Shown piece by piece: positions 62,826 to 64,000 of a DNA stretch of 64,000 nt. Where the stretch lies: positions 37,014,001 through 37,078,000 of the forward strand of contig NC_073395.1 of the NCBI RefSeq assembly GCF_028641065.1, in the 5' to 3' direction. Both the position numbers and the translations under genes were made by a program. Position 1 is the stretch's first letter; each line of letters opens with the position of its first letter. The notes beneath the pieces are model-generated. The model did not search any database and was not told where the DNA came from. It worked only from the letters and a program-made list of their open reading frames with translations. The DNA is from Leucoraja erinacea. Taxonomy: Eukaryota.

Positions 62826-63040
62826 TATATTCACCGACATCATCTTCACCTAATTCTCCTTCATCCCACAGGAACAGACATAGAAGGCTTGAGGTATTTG
62901 TCTGCTTACATAAAATACTGATGCTAACTGAGTCCTCCCTATCAGCCTCTTGCTTGGTACGCCCGGCTGTAGCCCTGGAAGATCTATGTGTTTTCCACGC
63001 ACAAAGCCCGTGCCTCTAGTGAATACAGACCTTCACCAGT

Positions 63041-63339
63041 AGCGGCATGGTGGCACAGCGGTAGAGTTGCCACCTTACAATGCCAGACACCCGGGTTTAA
63101 TCCTGACTATGGGTGCTGTCTGTATGGAGTTTGTACGCTCTCTGGTGACATACATGGGTCTTTTCCAGGGTGCTCCGGTTTCCTCCCACACTCCAAAGAC
63201 GTACAAGTTTACAGGCTAATTGGCTTGGTATAAATTTAAATTGCCCCTAGTGTGTGTAGGATAACATTAATGTGCGGGGATCGCTGGTCGGCTGGACCAT
63301 AGGGCCTGTTTCCACGCTGTATCTCCAAACTAAACTGAA
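63041..63339 (+). mobile_element. HE1-family SINE
   Basis: A-box, B-box, core and AAACT tail. Confidence 0.9.
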
Positions 63340-63699
63340 CCAGTCCTTCCATGAGAGCATTCTCTTCGCCTGTCTTTTTCCATCAATTTCGCCACCTGCT
63401 CATTTGTGGGAACATTCCCCTGTACATTGTGGTATGTTCCTCTCTGCTCTTGTACATGTTTCTCAGACCTGGAGCAGCAGGAATGAGAAAAGATCCCACA
63501 GCAAAATCTATCAAATTCAGTGGAAGGACAAGTGAACCAGTGTCAGTGTCAACATCCCCAGCAATGATGCCCTTGTTAAACTCAGCCACCTACACCGGAC
63601 AAGCCTCATCATTCACTTGCCCTGCACTAGAAACAGTTACAAATATCAGGACACTTTGTGGTGTTCGATTCTTCCTTTACTAGTACTGACACCGAACAA

Positions 63700-64000
63700 T
63701 GGGCACCCATCTGCATTAATTCAATCTTCCAAATATTTTCCTATTACGGTCTATACCAAGGGAATTTAAGCTTCTTCTATAATGCTCCCAGCGACTCTGC
63801 TTCCATTACTTTTAGGCAAAGCATTCCAAGTACCGGGTACTCACCACTCTTTGAGTGAGAAAAGGTCCCTTTCAGATCATCTCCAAATCTCTTACCCCTT
63901 ACTATATCCTCTAGTTTTATTCATCTTTAATGTGGAGATACGTTTCCTGCAGTCTACCCTATCCATACTCCTTGTAATGTTATATATTTCAATCATGTTC
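63700..64000 (-). mobile_element. Old CR1 3' fragment
   Basis: CATTCCA..ACCACTCTTTGAGTGAGAAAA (FF.QRVV..WN on the reverse strand). Confidence 0.6.

Noticed and set aside
1-64000. Host protein-coding exons
   Set aside because: No ORF showed recognisable non-TE homology. Small exons cannot be excluded without alignment or RNA data.

Overview
Repeat-dense, apparently gene-free stretch of a cartilaginous-fish genome. A skate or ray is likely, inferred from HE1 SINEs, HER1/CR1 LINEs and Penelope pLTRs. No host protein-coding exon could be supported, and the long ORFs are all transposon remnants. Contents include many HE1 SINEs and CR1 fragments, several Rex1/Babar LINEs, nested L1s, Penelope fragments with minimal hammerhead-ribozyme cores, four Harbinger-type MITEs, a non-autonomous Helitron and a deleted FLYWCH-MULE transposon. 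At 55.4-61.7 kb a Tc1 element carries a solo LTR and a 4.7-kb DIRS1-type tyrosine-recombinase retrotransposon. The most notable observation is that this DIRS has termini that match its internal complementary region perfectly (a young insertion), decayed ORFs, and a diverged U1 snRNA copy starting at U1 nt 1 inside gag. This suggests a non-autonomous DIRS lineage that propagates a U1 variant as cargo. All alignments were done by eye, and boundaries are approximate except where junction sequences are quoted.
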